Assembly: GCF_001194135.2 (NCBI RefSeq)
Contig: NC_068986.1
Span: 59,978,529-60,042,528 of the forward strand
Direction of reading: 5' to 3'
Length of the DNA: 64,000 bases
Origin: Octopus bimaculoides
Taxonomy: Eukaryota
The position numbers were made by a program, and so were the translations under genes. Below, piece after piece: positions 52,304-64,000 of this stretch. The notes beneath the pieces were generated by a model. That model saw only the letters and a program-made list of their open reading frames with translations, did no database searches and was not told the origin of the DNA. Numbering within the stretch: the stretch's first letter is position 1; each line of letters begins with the position of its first letter.

Positions 52304-52324
52304 AGTTAAGGAATTTTCAACCAT
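52304..52324 (-). CDS. Candidate upstream first coding segment (MVENSLT) for the RhoGEF-like gene; exon 52304-52501
   Basis: Acceptor ttttaactcag at 52502, AAAATGG start context, ACT|GTAAGT donor in phase 0 compatible with 32691. Linkage not demonstrated. Confidence 0.2.
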
Positions 52325-53282
52325 TTTGCTACCAAAATTCCCTTTTAATTAACTGAATTTCCCCTATACTCTAAGCCTTTGAAAAGTCTGTTTACTCAGT
52401 AAATTTTGAATCCATTTGATGAGTGCTCAGTATTATTTTTGTCAACCTCCAGGAGTCAACAAAAGCAGTACTGGAAATCCATGAATTGTGATTGAGAAAT
52501 ACTGAGTTAAAACTTAAAAACAACTACTATTTTAAAGACAATAAGTTTTTATTGAACTTATTTATGCAGCTACTGTATCATATAATTTAATTTAGATAGA
52601 AGGACATAAAAGGAAGTATGTTGGACTAAATACATTAAACTCATAAAACCCTCAGTTAGGTTTAGTAGAGTCCACTTTGTTACATGTACCTTGTCTGAGG
52701 ATAATATCTTGATGTACTACAATAACCTATAAGCCATGATCTCTTCCTTTTATTCTCCCAACAACCTCAGAGGCCCTTCATAAAAATCATAGGTGCTTTC
52801 CTCTCTCCCTTCACTAACCCATGAAAATTAGAATTTAAGTTTTGCCCTTTTTGCTCAGAGTTCAAATCCTATCGGATTTGTCTGTCTGTCTGNNNNNNNN
52901 NNNNNNNNNNNNNNNNNNNNCATGAACTTTTAACTAAACATAACAAATGTATAGCAATATAATAGAAAACAGAATGGTAGAAATATTATAGTGGAACAGG
53001 GGGCTAATTGAATTTAGTTTGGTCCCTTCTACACAAGTGGTTCTTAAATGTTATGTTGTGGTGAAATATAGGCGGGCTATGAATTTTCAAAAAATATAAT
53101 TTTAAAATCTGGTATATGCATTTGAGGCAGTATTAAATCAAAATAGCCATCTATGAAATCTTATCTAATGTATACACACTGTTGATAGGCCAGTTACAGT
53201 GGTATTTATTCTGAGACAATATCTCTTTTGGATGTGCTATGCTAAAAACTAAATATCAGAGAGATTAAAATTTCTCCTAGTA

Positions 53283-53492
53283 CTCACAGCCAACCACATT
53301 TTCAGACAAGAATTGATCACTTCTGATATAGGAGGAAGTGAATAAAACATTCATTGATGTTGTATGTCTCAATTGTCCATATTGAGTATTTATTCATTCA
53401 AGTGGCTATTTGCAAATTCAATGAATGTTTTAATCACTCTTTCCTATATCAGAGGTGACAAATTCTTGTCTGAGAATGTGACTTGCTGTGAG
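53283..53492. mobile_element. Foldback MITE (~75-bp arms)
   Basis: CTCACAGCC...TCAGACAAGAATTGATCACTTCTGATATAGGA...TAAAACATTCATTGA pairs with TCAATGAATGTTTTA...TCCTATATCAGAGGTGACAAATTCTTGTCTGA...GCTGTGAG. Confidence 0.8.
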
Positions 53493-54499
53493 CAAATGCC
53501 ACTGAAAAGACCCAGAAGGCTGAAATGCATCTGGTGTTCTGCCTGGCCACTGCTGAAATGAATTTTCATCTCTCTTGGATATTTATTGAGCTTTTTAACA
53601 TAGTGCATCCATAAGAGTGTGTATGCATTAAGTATGATACATATATGGCTATATAATTGTATATCAGGTTTCTGAAAGTCTACATTAATGCTTGAGTGTC
53701 TTGAAAAATTTGTCTATTGGGTCATCCCAATAGGCAAATACTAATTGTACTAGCAAATTAGTAAATCTTCCACATAATACCAGCAGCTAATTGGTAATCT
53801 CCTCCATAATATAAGTTAATAAGTAGATCTTCCATGTACTACTAACTAATTGGTAGACTTTTCACATGCTACCAGCAAACCATTAGCAAGTATTTGAATG
53901 TTTAATTATTGCTTTTGTATAATTTTGTTATTACAAAAGGTTCAAAAGATGAAAAATTAGAAAAAAGAATTGGTTAACTATTTCAATACATTTGTAATAA
54001 CACCAGTGTCTCTCTTACTAAATTTAGCCATTCATTCGGTTTATTTAGTACATACATAGCACACAAGCTAGCTTGCTGTATATGCCATTTTATATTATCT
54101 ACAGATATCTCCAGTTAATCCCTTTCTGTTAGTTTAACAATGTAGCTTATTTTTCCTTTATGCACAAACACACAGCTAACATGTACTCACACACACACAC
54201 ACACACAAATTCACTTACAATAACACACACAAACAGGAAATAAACAGCATTAAAGTAGTAAATGCTACTAAATAATATGAATAATAATGATGTGTTCAAC
54301 TTGAGTTCTCCAAGACAGTGACCTCCCTGTGTGGTTGCAGTCTAATGACTGAAGCAAGTTAAAGATAAAAGATATACCTCCCCAGCACATAGCTCGTCAC
54401 ATCCTCTCTTCCAGCCTACCCATTCTGGCAGGCTGAATCCTGCACCCCATTCACCTTCCCATACAATTTTACTAACTCCCCACCCTCACTCACTTGTAA

Positions 54500-54870
54500 T
54501 CAGATTGTGCCTTGTGAGGCTACCTGGGCACCTTATCACTATTATCTATGTCTTGCTTCCCTCCTCCCTTTCTTTAGGAATCTAACCCCCCCCCCTAGTT
54601 CAACCCCTTTCTTCTCTAGCGTAAATTTGACCCTGCCCCCTCCATCCAAGGGCTCATAGTCTTGTGAACATCACAGTGATTTCAATAGTGCAAGTAGCAT
54701 AAGAAAAGCATATGGTCTATGCTGTAAAGTGATTGGTGTTAGGAAGGGCATCCAACTGTGAAAACTATGCCAAAGCAGACACTGGAGCTTGATGCAGTCC
54801 TTGGATTTACTGCTTCCTGTCAAATCATCCAACCCATGCTAGTATGGAACATAGACATTAGATGATGATG
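54500..54870 (+). mobile_element. Retroposon remnant ending in the RTE-type 3' module
   Basis: TTAGGAAGGGCATCCAACTGTGAAAACTATGCC...CAACCCATGCTAGTATGGAA...(GAT)n. Confidence 0.55.
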
Positions 54871-56435
54871 CTGGTGGTGGTGAAGTTTCTAACATGCATA
54901 CCACTCAGAGAAAAAAAAATGGATAAGTAGGGAAGGAAGGAATAATGTGTAAAAGTGAAGGGAAAATACACAGATAAAAGACAGAGAGAAAAGTGAGAGA
55001 ATGAAGACATAATAACAGTACCAGCAATAAATTTAAGATGTATTTATCCTAACTAGTTTCTAACATGAAAATAATGATCTCTGTCTACCAGAGGAAATCC
55101 ATTATTTAGCAATACTTGTCACCTTTCTGAATGAAAAATAGTAAAACCAGACAAATATCCCCAATTCCATGAATACAACAATTTAAACACTAAAAGAACC
55201 CAGCTGAAAAAAAAATAACTATGTACTACAAAACCATTGCCATTGCCACTGCAAAAATTATTGGCTTTCTATTTACTCTTTCATCATTTTCAGCATTGGG
55301 TTTCGGCCATGCTGGGGCAGTGCTTTCAAGGGTTTTTAGTGTATTACATCAATCTCCAACAGTTTAGTAGTTTTTGTTGAATTCAAAAGCAAGAAAGGAA
55401 AACTGACTTGGATGAAACTGAAACTCAGAACTTAAAAGAATGTAACTTGTCATTTTTCCTCACAACAGTGCCACTCTGGAACTGCCTTCCCATCCACATT
55501 TATCTGCTGTGTCATCATCTGACCAACCACCTAGCAACATGTGTGTGTATGTGTGTGCGCGTGTGTGTGTGAGTGACAGGGAGAAAAAAGGAAACAGATA
55601 GAGAGAAAAAAAATGAGAGAGAAAGACAGCAGTAGAGAGAGAGAGAGATAACAGGTAGTGATTCCCTCCAGTGTCTATTAATGGAACAATTTACCAATGG
55701 TACTAATAAATATAAACTCTACATCATGTACTGAGTACTTTCGTCAAATGCCAATGAGATGATATTTATTTTTTTCAAGTATATATTGTTAAATATTTTT
55801 TTAAATACCTTTAATGGAAATATATGTACAAGAGTTATCTCTATAAATCCTTTTAAATATTTGATTTTATATATATAGAAAACAAAAATGATGTCAAGTT
55901 AAGTTTGAATTACTTCTTCCTAGCTTTAAATTGCTTCTTCAATCATCCACTTCACCTTAATATACCTTCCTACAGGTAATATGTGGCCTTGTTTTTTTAT
56001 ACTGCCTCTTAATACCAATATAGCCTGTTTGAGGCTACTCAGAACCATCTCACTTAGTCATTCTTCATCCATTAATATTGTTTTTCACACCCACATGCTA
56101 CGGTGGCCACCCCCCCCTCTCAAAACCACCAAATTATCTCTCCTCATGCATTGCACCTGTTTTAACTCCCTACTCCACTCCTTCAGCCCACCCAAATACA
56201 TCATATCTCTTCTCACTTTTGTCAACAATGAAAATCAAGACATAAGATGATGATGATGATACATGACATTTACATCTGTTTATATATACACATATTTACA
56301 CATATATGTATATATATATACACACATACATGCACACTAATATATGTTTACACACACACATACATGTGCATTTATGAGAGAGAGAAGTACATACACACAC
56401 ATAGATTTAATTCCATACATATCCACACACTCTTG

Positions 56436-56481
<46 letters not shown>

Positions 56482-56885
56482 CATATACACAAATGGGGAT
56501 TTTAACACACTGACAATGTACAAACAAACACAGCACTGATACTCACTAATTGCTCACATATTCACTTAACACACACNNNNNNNNNNNNNNNNNNNNNNNN
56601 NNNNNNNNNNNNNNNNNNNNNNNNNNNNNNNNNNNNNNNNNNNNNNNNNNNNNNNNNNNNNNNNNGATTTTATCATAAGTTACAAGAGACAAAGCCACAA
56701 TGCAAAACATAGTAGTTCAGAGCAGTACAGTGCAGCTAGCTTAATCAGTAGGTTAGTTATAATAAAATTTCAGGCAGACAAGAGGGAGAGTGGAATTTTA
56801 GAGCTATGAATGTGGTTATTGCAAGTTCAGTGAAGTATAACAAGGAGTTTGGTTTTTACATCATGTGACAATGACATAGTTGCAT

Positions 56886-56929
<44 letters not shown>

Positions 56930-57359
56930 TAGAGAGAGGGAGAGAGAGATAGAGAGAGCGAGAGAGAGAGAGAGAGAGCGAGAGAAAGAGAGAGAGAGAG
57001 AAAGAGAGAGGAGAAAGAGAGAGAGAGAGAGACAGACGGACAAAGACAGAGACAAAGAGAGACAGGTTAATCAGTATGGAATACACATCTGATACAAAAA
57101 TGTTATTGCAGTGTCTCTACGCATTCTTCCTACATTAAAGATGAAGTGTAGAAGGAGGAGATAATATAGTATAAATTTGTAAAGGAAATACATAAATTTA
57201 TGAAGTAATAAATAAATATATAAGGAGGTAAATATTAAAAACAAATGACAAGAGAAAAGAAAAATATCTTGTGGGGAGGTTCAAAAGGGTTGAAACTATA
57301 CACACATAACTGTGTTTCTATGAATCTAGTAATATATATATATATATATATATATCTTT

Positions 57360-57755
57360 TACTCTTTTACTTGTTTCAGTCATTTGACTGTGGCCATGCT
57401 GAAGCACCACCTTTAGTCAAGCAAATCGACCCCAGGACTTATTCTTTGGAAGCCTAGTACTTATTCTATTGGTCTCTTTTGCCGAACCGCTACGTTACGG
57501 GGACATAAACACACCAGCATCGGTTGTCAAGCGATGTTGGGGGGACAAACACAGACACACAAACATATACACACACATACATATATATATACATATATAC
57601 AAAGGGCTTCTTTCAGTTTCTGTCTACCAAATCCAATCACAAGGCTTTGGTCGGCCTGAGGCTATAGTAGAAAACACTTGCCCAAGGTGCCACGCAGTGG
57701 GACTGAACCCAGAACCATGTGGTTTGTAAGCAAGCTACTTACCATACAGCCACTC
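57360..57755 (-). mobile_element. tRNA-derived SINE, near full-length
   Basis: Minus-strand head GAGTGGCTGTATGGTAAG...GGTTCAGTCCCACTGCGTGGCACCTTGGGCAAG; tail ...GACTGAAACAAGTAAAAGAGT. Confidence 0.8.
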
Positions 57756-57789
57756 ATATGCCTATATATATATTTATGTAGGCATTGCG

Positions 57790-59130
57790 AGACTAATAAC
57801 TTGGTGTGTGTGTAGATAATACACAAAAATCCACATATTTGTAAAGCTTGCAAAGTTTCACCAAGCCTATGCATTAATGTTCCTCCCCCTACTGACCTCA
57901 AACTGAGACCCATCATTGCTGGCTCTGCTTGTGAAACCCACCGTTTGAGCAACTTCCTCGACATCTTACTCAAACCATTTCTAAAATATGTGAAAAGCTT
58001 CATCAGGGATGACTTAAACATGCTTAACCACCTCCCGAAGACAATAAATGAAGGAACCCTGTTAGTATCATTTGATGTGGTGAATTTGTACACCAATATC
58101 CCACACGATTATGGTATAGAAGTAATAACCTTCTGGCTAGAAAAATACCCAGAAGAGATCCCAAGACGCATCAACCACAGATTCATAATCGCAGCACTCA
58201 AATTCATCCTACTGAACAACTATTTCATGTTCAATACAGTTTACTATCGACAAAAATGTGGAATTGCAATGGGAACCCAAGCTGCTCCAATGATTGCGAA
58301 CCTTGTAATAGGTTACCTAGAACTTAAAATATATCAATCATCACTACAAAAATATGGCACCTCTTTTCATTGCTATTTAAAGGAGAGCTGGAAGAGGTAG
58401 CTGGATGATTGCTTTATACTTAGGAAAGACAGCATGGACAAACTCCTCGATTTCAAAATAATGCTTAACAATATTAATAGCAATATACAATTCACCATGG
58501 AACATAGCAGTAAACAACTCCCTTTTCTTGACATCCTAATTAAATAGTCAATAACCACATCGAAACAGACATCTTCTATAAACCCACAGATTCTAAACAA
58601 TACCTATTATTCAACTCATGCCACCCCAAACACATAAAAATTAATATACCTTATAATCTAGCAAAAAGAATCTGTACCATAGTTTCAGACACTTATACTC
58701 ATGAATGAAGACTCCTTGAACTCAGATCAATACTAATCAAAAGACATTACCCGATATCATTAATAAATGATGGAATTAAACGAGCTAAGGAAATAGATAT
58801 ATGAACATTAATGGAAGTCAACCGAAATATTAAACCAGACTTAAAAATACTCCCATACATCTCCACTCATAACCCTAGAAACAGCGAAGCCTTTAACATT
58901 ATCATCCAAAATCTACCCATCCTCAACAAGAGATAAAACAATGAACAAAATTTTAGGCTCACATAAAATTATCAAAAGCAAAATGCAACCTAAATCATTG
59001 AAAAAAGTATTAACCAGTGCAAGACTATATCCATTAACAACAGAACCAAAAGTGAAAAAATGTGGTCAACCTAACTGTGGTACTTACCCCCACCTTTTGG
59101 AGTGTTCAGAGTTCCACTTTAAACAAGGTG
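57790..59130 (+). mobile_element. Penelope-like element RT relic (Neptune-like Cys linker; endonuclease missing)
   Basis: LRPIIAG, LVSFDVVNLYTNIP, YYRQKCGIAMGTQAAP, WKR*LDD (YLDD Tyr is TAG at 58398-58400), LPFLDILI, SCHPKH, KKCGQPNCGTYPH. Confidence 0.9.
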
Positions 59131-59752
59131 AAATATAAGTTCAGATAATCAGGAAATGGAGAAAAATTTTCATCAACAAACAAATTGGACTGCATCTGTA
59201 GATTATTTTTTAATACAAAACAACATTTCTATGACATAACATTTCTTACAGCCATTTCTGCTTCCAATACCAGTCGGTGCTTATGAAAGAATTTCAAAAA
59301 TAATATTCGTCATCTTCATAGCACATTCGATCTAGTGAATACAAATGCGTAAAATAAAATAAACGAAGGGAAGAGGGAATAGGAAAGAACAGGGCCTCGA
59401 GAAGAGGCCAGAAACGCTCAATATATTAAAATCATACCATCTTCCGGCAAGGGGCTTTGAGCCTTCTGACCTCTTCTCAAGGCCCTGTTCTTTCCAATTC
59501 CCTTCGTTTATTTTATTTTATGCATTTGTATTCACTTTGATGATGCTCCATGTACTAAATCGAATGTTCTATGAAGATGGCGAATATTATTTTCGAAATT
59601 CTTTCATAAGCACCGACTGGTATTGTAAGCGGAAACGGCCATAAGAAATGTTATGTCATGTTTTGTATTAAAAAATAACCTACAGATGTGATCCAATTTG
59701 TTTGTTTGTTGATCAAAAGTTTTCTCCATTTTCTGATTAATTATATTTGTTT
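59130..59752. repeat. ~290-bp-arm inverted repeat (PLE pLTR-like hairpin), 35-bp spacer
   Basis: 59130-59421 is the reverse complement of 59457-59752 at high identity; a related diverged single copy lies at 62140-62380. Confidence 0.85.
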
Positions 59753-59912
59753 CCTGATAAACTTTTGTTTCTTCTGTTGTTACCTATACCCTACAAGCAT
59801 AATGTGCCTGCATACCCATGCCCAGGGTTTAGCACAGGTAACTGATACCGATAGTAAATAAGGATATTTTTATCCTTTAGTCTGTTACTACAACCGTTAA
59901 CTCTGCTTACCT

Positions 59913-59998
<86 letters not shown>

Positions 59999-60470
59999 AT
60001 GGACTCTCCCATTGAAGACGAAGAATGCGCATTCAGCTTTTTGCCAAATGACCTGCACAAATTATTTGTTTACAGTGACAAATGTCCATGCTGCACATTA
60101 GCTCACTCTCTCCATCAAATTGTCATTGCCTGAACAGGTGCACTGTGTACTATGCATCAGGTGTCAAAGTGATTACAGAGTAATGAGATGAAGTGTTTTG
60201 CTTAGGAACACAACGCACCACCTGGTCTAGGAATTGAAATCACAATCTAGCAATCGTGAGCGCAACACCTCAACCACTGAGCTATGTGCCTTCACACATA
60301 CACACACACATGCACACGTACACACACAGAAAAACACATGTATATGAGTGTGTGTATGTGTGTGTGTCTGTATGTATCTGTGCACATGCACACACACACA
60401 TAAGGACGTATACATGTATGTACACATACATATATATATATGCAACATACATGTTCATGGATATAGTTGT

Positions 60471-60513
<43 letters not shown>

Positions 60514-61339
60514 ATGTATATGGATAAAGAGTGATTTGTTGCTGTTGATGTACAAACTGGGAATTGATCAAGCATTGGCTGGGTCAACTGAAAGAACTGA
60601 AACCACCTGTGACTCCAGTAACGTCACTAATGATGCATCCCAGAGCATCCATCCACAAGATGTATCTTGAAGCTAAAGCTATATATATTCACATATGGAT
60701 TGTAGTTCATCACAGCTGTTTCAGGCATGTTTTTTACTGATGAACAAAAGTATTAAATCATGCAAAAAAAAAAAAAAATTAAAAAACGCTTTCATTAGGT
60801 GAATACAGGTAAGAATTATACATTTAGAACTTCACAAGAACAAGTACATGGTGCCATAAGAATCTACCAAGCCAAATTCAGTCAATACCTGAGAAAGTAA
60901 GGAATGGAAGAGGTAAAGCAGATTATGATCATTTTGTAGCAAAGCAATACTTGTTACATAAGTTGTAACATACACAGAACTAGCTTTGCTAATCTTCAGG
61001 TCCTAATAGCTATAAGTTGTTTACATTGTCACATGGAAATGATCAAATGAATCATCAAACTAACCACAGCATCAATGGCAAGATGAAAAGAGACAAAAAC
61101 AAAATCAAAGGACCAATGAAAGTATTAGTTAAAGGGTAGGTCACCCAAAAAGGAATGCAGAAAGGACTAGCAATAAAATTCCTTCACACTAAGGCATCAC
61201 AGAGATAGTAAGGGACAAATAATTGATAGTGTAAAAGTTCTAAACAGCTAATTTGATAAATTATTGGGACATACTGACAAAGGGGTAAAAGCTAAAGCCA
61301 CAATTAGAATTTTCATGAGAAAAAGAATATATATATAAC

Positions 61340-61505
61340 TCCAACCACTCCGAGAGTGTAGTGGGTGATTTTACATGCCACCGGCATGAGGGCCAGTCAG
61401 GCGGGTACTGGCTACAGCCACGCTCGAAATGGTGTATTTTTTGTCAACTCGTCTAACCCATGCTAGCATGGAAAGCGGATGTTAAATGACGATGATGATG
61501 ATGAT
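61340..61505 (-). mobile_element. Rearranged RTE 3' UTR fragments (inverted piece joined to plus-strand tail)
   Basis: 61340-61440 is the reverse complement of the UTR module; 61445-61505 is the plus-strand CCATGCTAGCATGGAAAGCGG...(GAT)n tail. Confidence 0.55.
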
Positions 61506-61686
61506 ATATATGTATTAAATGTATATAAACAAAGATGAAAAAAGATGGAAATTGAAACAGAGAGAGAAGAGAATAACATTAAAATTAAGGTATTTTAGCT
61601 AACATTGAATAGATACAATATTGGTTCATATGGTAAATACTATATACTGACAGTTGCGTTTTAGCCAAACCATCCAACAGTGGAGC

Positions 61687-61738
61687 AGTCACCACTGATG
61701 AGCTTTAATTTTAAGTGAAACTAGATTAGTATGGAGAT
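61687..61738 (+). ncRNA. Type I hammerhead ribozyme with intact core
   Basis: CUGAUGA (61695-61701), stem II GCUU/AAGU, GAAA (61717-61720), stem III CUA/UAG, GUA site (61729-61731), stem I CCA/UGG extended by GUC/GAU beyond an A-A mismatch. Confidence 0.75.
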
Positions 61739-62409
61739 CTTGTTCACTATGGGGCAGTTATCTCCCCCATCAGTGCATAGATATGTGCTTCTTTGCAGCT
61801 GTAAGGGTTTTAGCTCTTATTTCTAGCAATGTAGGTGCTACCCTGTACCGTCAGACACAAATAGTAACAATTGAATTTTTCCTTTTTGGTTCATATTGCA
61901 TATAGCTGCCTTCATTATTTTAGATATATATATATTTATAAATACAGAGTTAGCAGTTATAATAACTGACTAAAGAATAAAATATCCGTGTATACTATCG
62001 GTATCTGTTACACCTACATTATCCCTGGGCATTGGTGTGCAGGCACACCATGCACACAGAGTGCAGGCAACAACAGGATAAACATGAGTTTATCATACCA
62101 TGTTTTCTTTCCTTTTCCTTCTTCCCTTTGTTTATATTGTATGCTCTTGTCTTTTACTCTGATGAAGCCCTGTACCTTAATTCAAATACCCAATGAAGAT
62201 GGAGAACTTTATTCTCGCATTTATTTGTAGACAGCATTTTGGCAACTGATCAGAAATGGCCGTAAGATATGTTATGTCACTTATTTACTATGTCATGCTT
62301 TGTATTAATGAATAAGCTATAAATGTGGTCCAATCAATGTGTTTGTTAATCTGAGGTTTTCTCCAATTTCTCATTATTTGCATTATATATATATATAGTA
62401 TATTATTTT

Positions 62410-63810
62410 ATGTGTATTAATATTATCTCAGTTATTGAAACTTTCGATAATTTGAATACGTTAATAGTTACCAGGGGTAGCAAAATTACACTAAAAAACA
62501 AGATATCCCAGCCGATTTACAGGTTGATATACCGAGTTAACGTGATACATTTTGAGAATATATGGATAATAACAACAAATGGAGCAAAACGCATGTCAAT
62601 GAAAGTTCCTTTAATTCCTACATATATGTTTCGAAGCCCCTTTAGTAACCATCCAAGACACATAACCAGTAATTTAGTTAGGAATATTTCAATTAGGCTT
62701 TCTAAACTTTCTTCTAACTCCCAAATCTTTAATAAGGAGGCTGACTTCTACAATTCAGCCTTATCAAGGGCCGGCTATAGGGAAAAGGTAGTGTACATTA
62801 ACTCTTCTAGTGATCCTTCCCCACCTACACAGCATGATACCCCCTTTACTAGCGTAGTAGAACCCAGGCCCATTCCTTCCCATCCTTCTCACTTTACTGA
62901 AAAAGTGGGTCACCCTCTTAACGCGCATAGGAGAAGGGCCCCTACTGGCCCCAAATGCTTTAATAAATTCAAAAACCCTTGCATGTTTAACCACTCTGAT
63001 ACTACACCTAGATCTGTTGATAGCAATAAGAATATCTGGCTCATCCTCCCATTTGGAAAGCAAGTCAAATCAGATTTGGTCCGACAGTTCCGAGACGCGG
63101 TGAATAGGAATTTCCCTAAAGGCTCCCACTATTACCCAATTATCAACTCGCATAAGGTTAGATTTGGATTCTCGAACACCAAAAATTTGTTACAGATAAT
63201 ATCTTCACACAATCTCAGATTTTTAGATTCATCTATAGACGACCATCCCAATCATAACCATAATATTAGGAATGTTCAAACCGGTAGCAGTAATAATTAC
63301 TCCAACAATTTAACCCACACAAATGACGACATTAATCAGTTAAATGCTGATATAGGTAGTATGCCCAATATAGTGAATCACATAAATATCTGTAACAATA
63401 ATAGGATTAGCATCTCGGAATTAAATCCTAATAGAATCAGGTTTTTGGGTGAGAATTCAAGGACCAAAAATGTAGTGTATCAATGTAAGGTAACTTCCAA
63501 CACTGATGTCGCACAGATATCCAAGAGAATCTCGAATCATTATTCGTTGTTTAGAGATAGAAATAAAGCTAGTACCACTGGCCTAATTAAATTTATTTGG
63601 GAACTGAAGGATTGCAATAAGCAATTCTCTTTGGAATGGTCTATACTGGCCACCTCAGTGCCCTATGATAAGGGGAGGGAATTCTGCCCTCTTTGTAACT
63701 TAGAACTTTTTTATATCCTGTTCTCCAAGAATCGCCTAGTTAACCAAATCACTCAGAGGGTGTACTGCTGCCAGCACTTCAAGAAACATACCTTCCTTTA
63801 TTACAGCTAG
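62410..63810 (+). mobile_element. 5'-truncated Naiad/Chlamys-type PLE; 466-codon open frame (RT thumb, linker, altered GIY-YIG)
   Basis: SNHPRHITSNLVRNISIRLSKLSSN...YNSALSRAGY, NIWLILPF, FGFSNTKNLLQIISSHN, KNVVYQCKV, FIWELKD...WSIL, CPLC.LEL, CQHFKK. Confidence 0.8.
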
Positions 63811-63917
63811 CTCCATCATTCCCACTAGGTTAGGTTCCAAGCAGTATATATAATTTTTTTTTTATTATTATAGTTATTATTTTTTTTTTTTAACCAATAT
63901 CCTATGAATAATTTCCA

Positions 63918-63980
63918 CTTCTTCTTCCTCCACAACTTGCTTTTCCCCTTCTTCTTCCTCCACGACTTGCCTTTTCCCCT
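63918..63980. repeat. ~30-bp pyrimidine-rich tandem repeat (2 copies)
   Basis: CTTCTTCTTCCTCCAC(A/G)ACTTGC(C)TTTTCCC repeated twice. Confidence 0.8.
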
Positions 63981-64000
63981 TCTATAGTTGATTATTTTTT

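Noticed and set aside
55960-56265. 89-aa ORF ending in LLMHCTCFNSL...(GAT)n
   Set aside because: Probably the decayed 3' end of a LINE rather than a host gene; too weak to assign a family, so not listed as a feature.
1506-57086. Dozens of ORFs rich in H/T, C/V/Y/M, S/L or X
   Set aside because: They are translations of (CA)n, (TA)n, (GA)n and (TACA)n microsatellites or run through N gaps; no coding evidence.
813-60295. tRNA-like A/B boxes as tRNA genes
   Set aside because: All are SINE heads followed by shared SINE bodies; no complete cloverleaf.
62764-63063. 99-aa minus-strand ORF
   Set aside because: Antisense shadow of the Naiad-type ORF.

Overview
Eukaryotic, strongly AT-rich, microsatellite-laden draft-assembly DNA with many N gaps. 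There are no prokaryotic genes, CRISPR arrays, rRNA or intact tRNA genes. The repeat repertoire (tRNA-headed SINEs, RTE LINEs with (GAT)n tails, abundant Penelope-like elements) resembles octopod cephalopod DNA; this is an inference from recalled repeat families, not a search result. Most of the window looks intronic or intergenic. The one well-supported host gene is on the minus strand: a 649-bp exon (32043-32691) and a downstream exon (30014 to about 30224/30248). Their peptides carry motifs of the ARHGEF40/PLEKHG4(B) (Solo/puratrophin-1/quattro) RhoGEF family. Mobile DNA includes mariner and maT (DD37D) transposon relics, an internally deleted Ty3/gypsy element with both LTRs and a 5-bp TSD, two RTE LINE families, several foldback MITEs, and at least four Penelope-like element (PLE) relics of differing architecture, two with large inverted repeats. 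The most notable signals are hammerhead ribozyme motifs (one with an intact catalytic core at 61687-61738, a head-to-head pair at 35380-35638, a decayed one at 7357-7419) and a 1.4-kb stop-free Naiad-type PLE ORF that has lost the YIG half of its nuclease. I found no evidence for a wholly new multi-gene system; the findings are unusual instances of known families.
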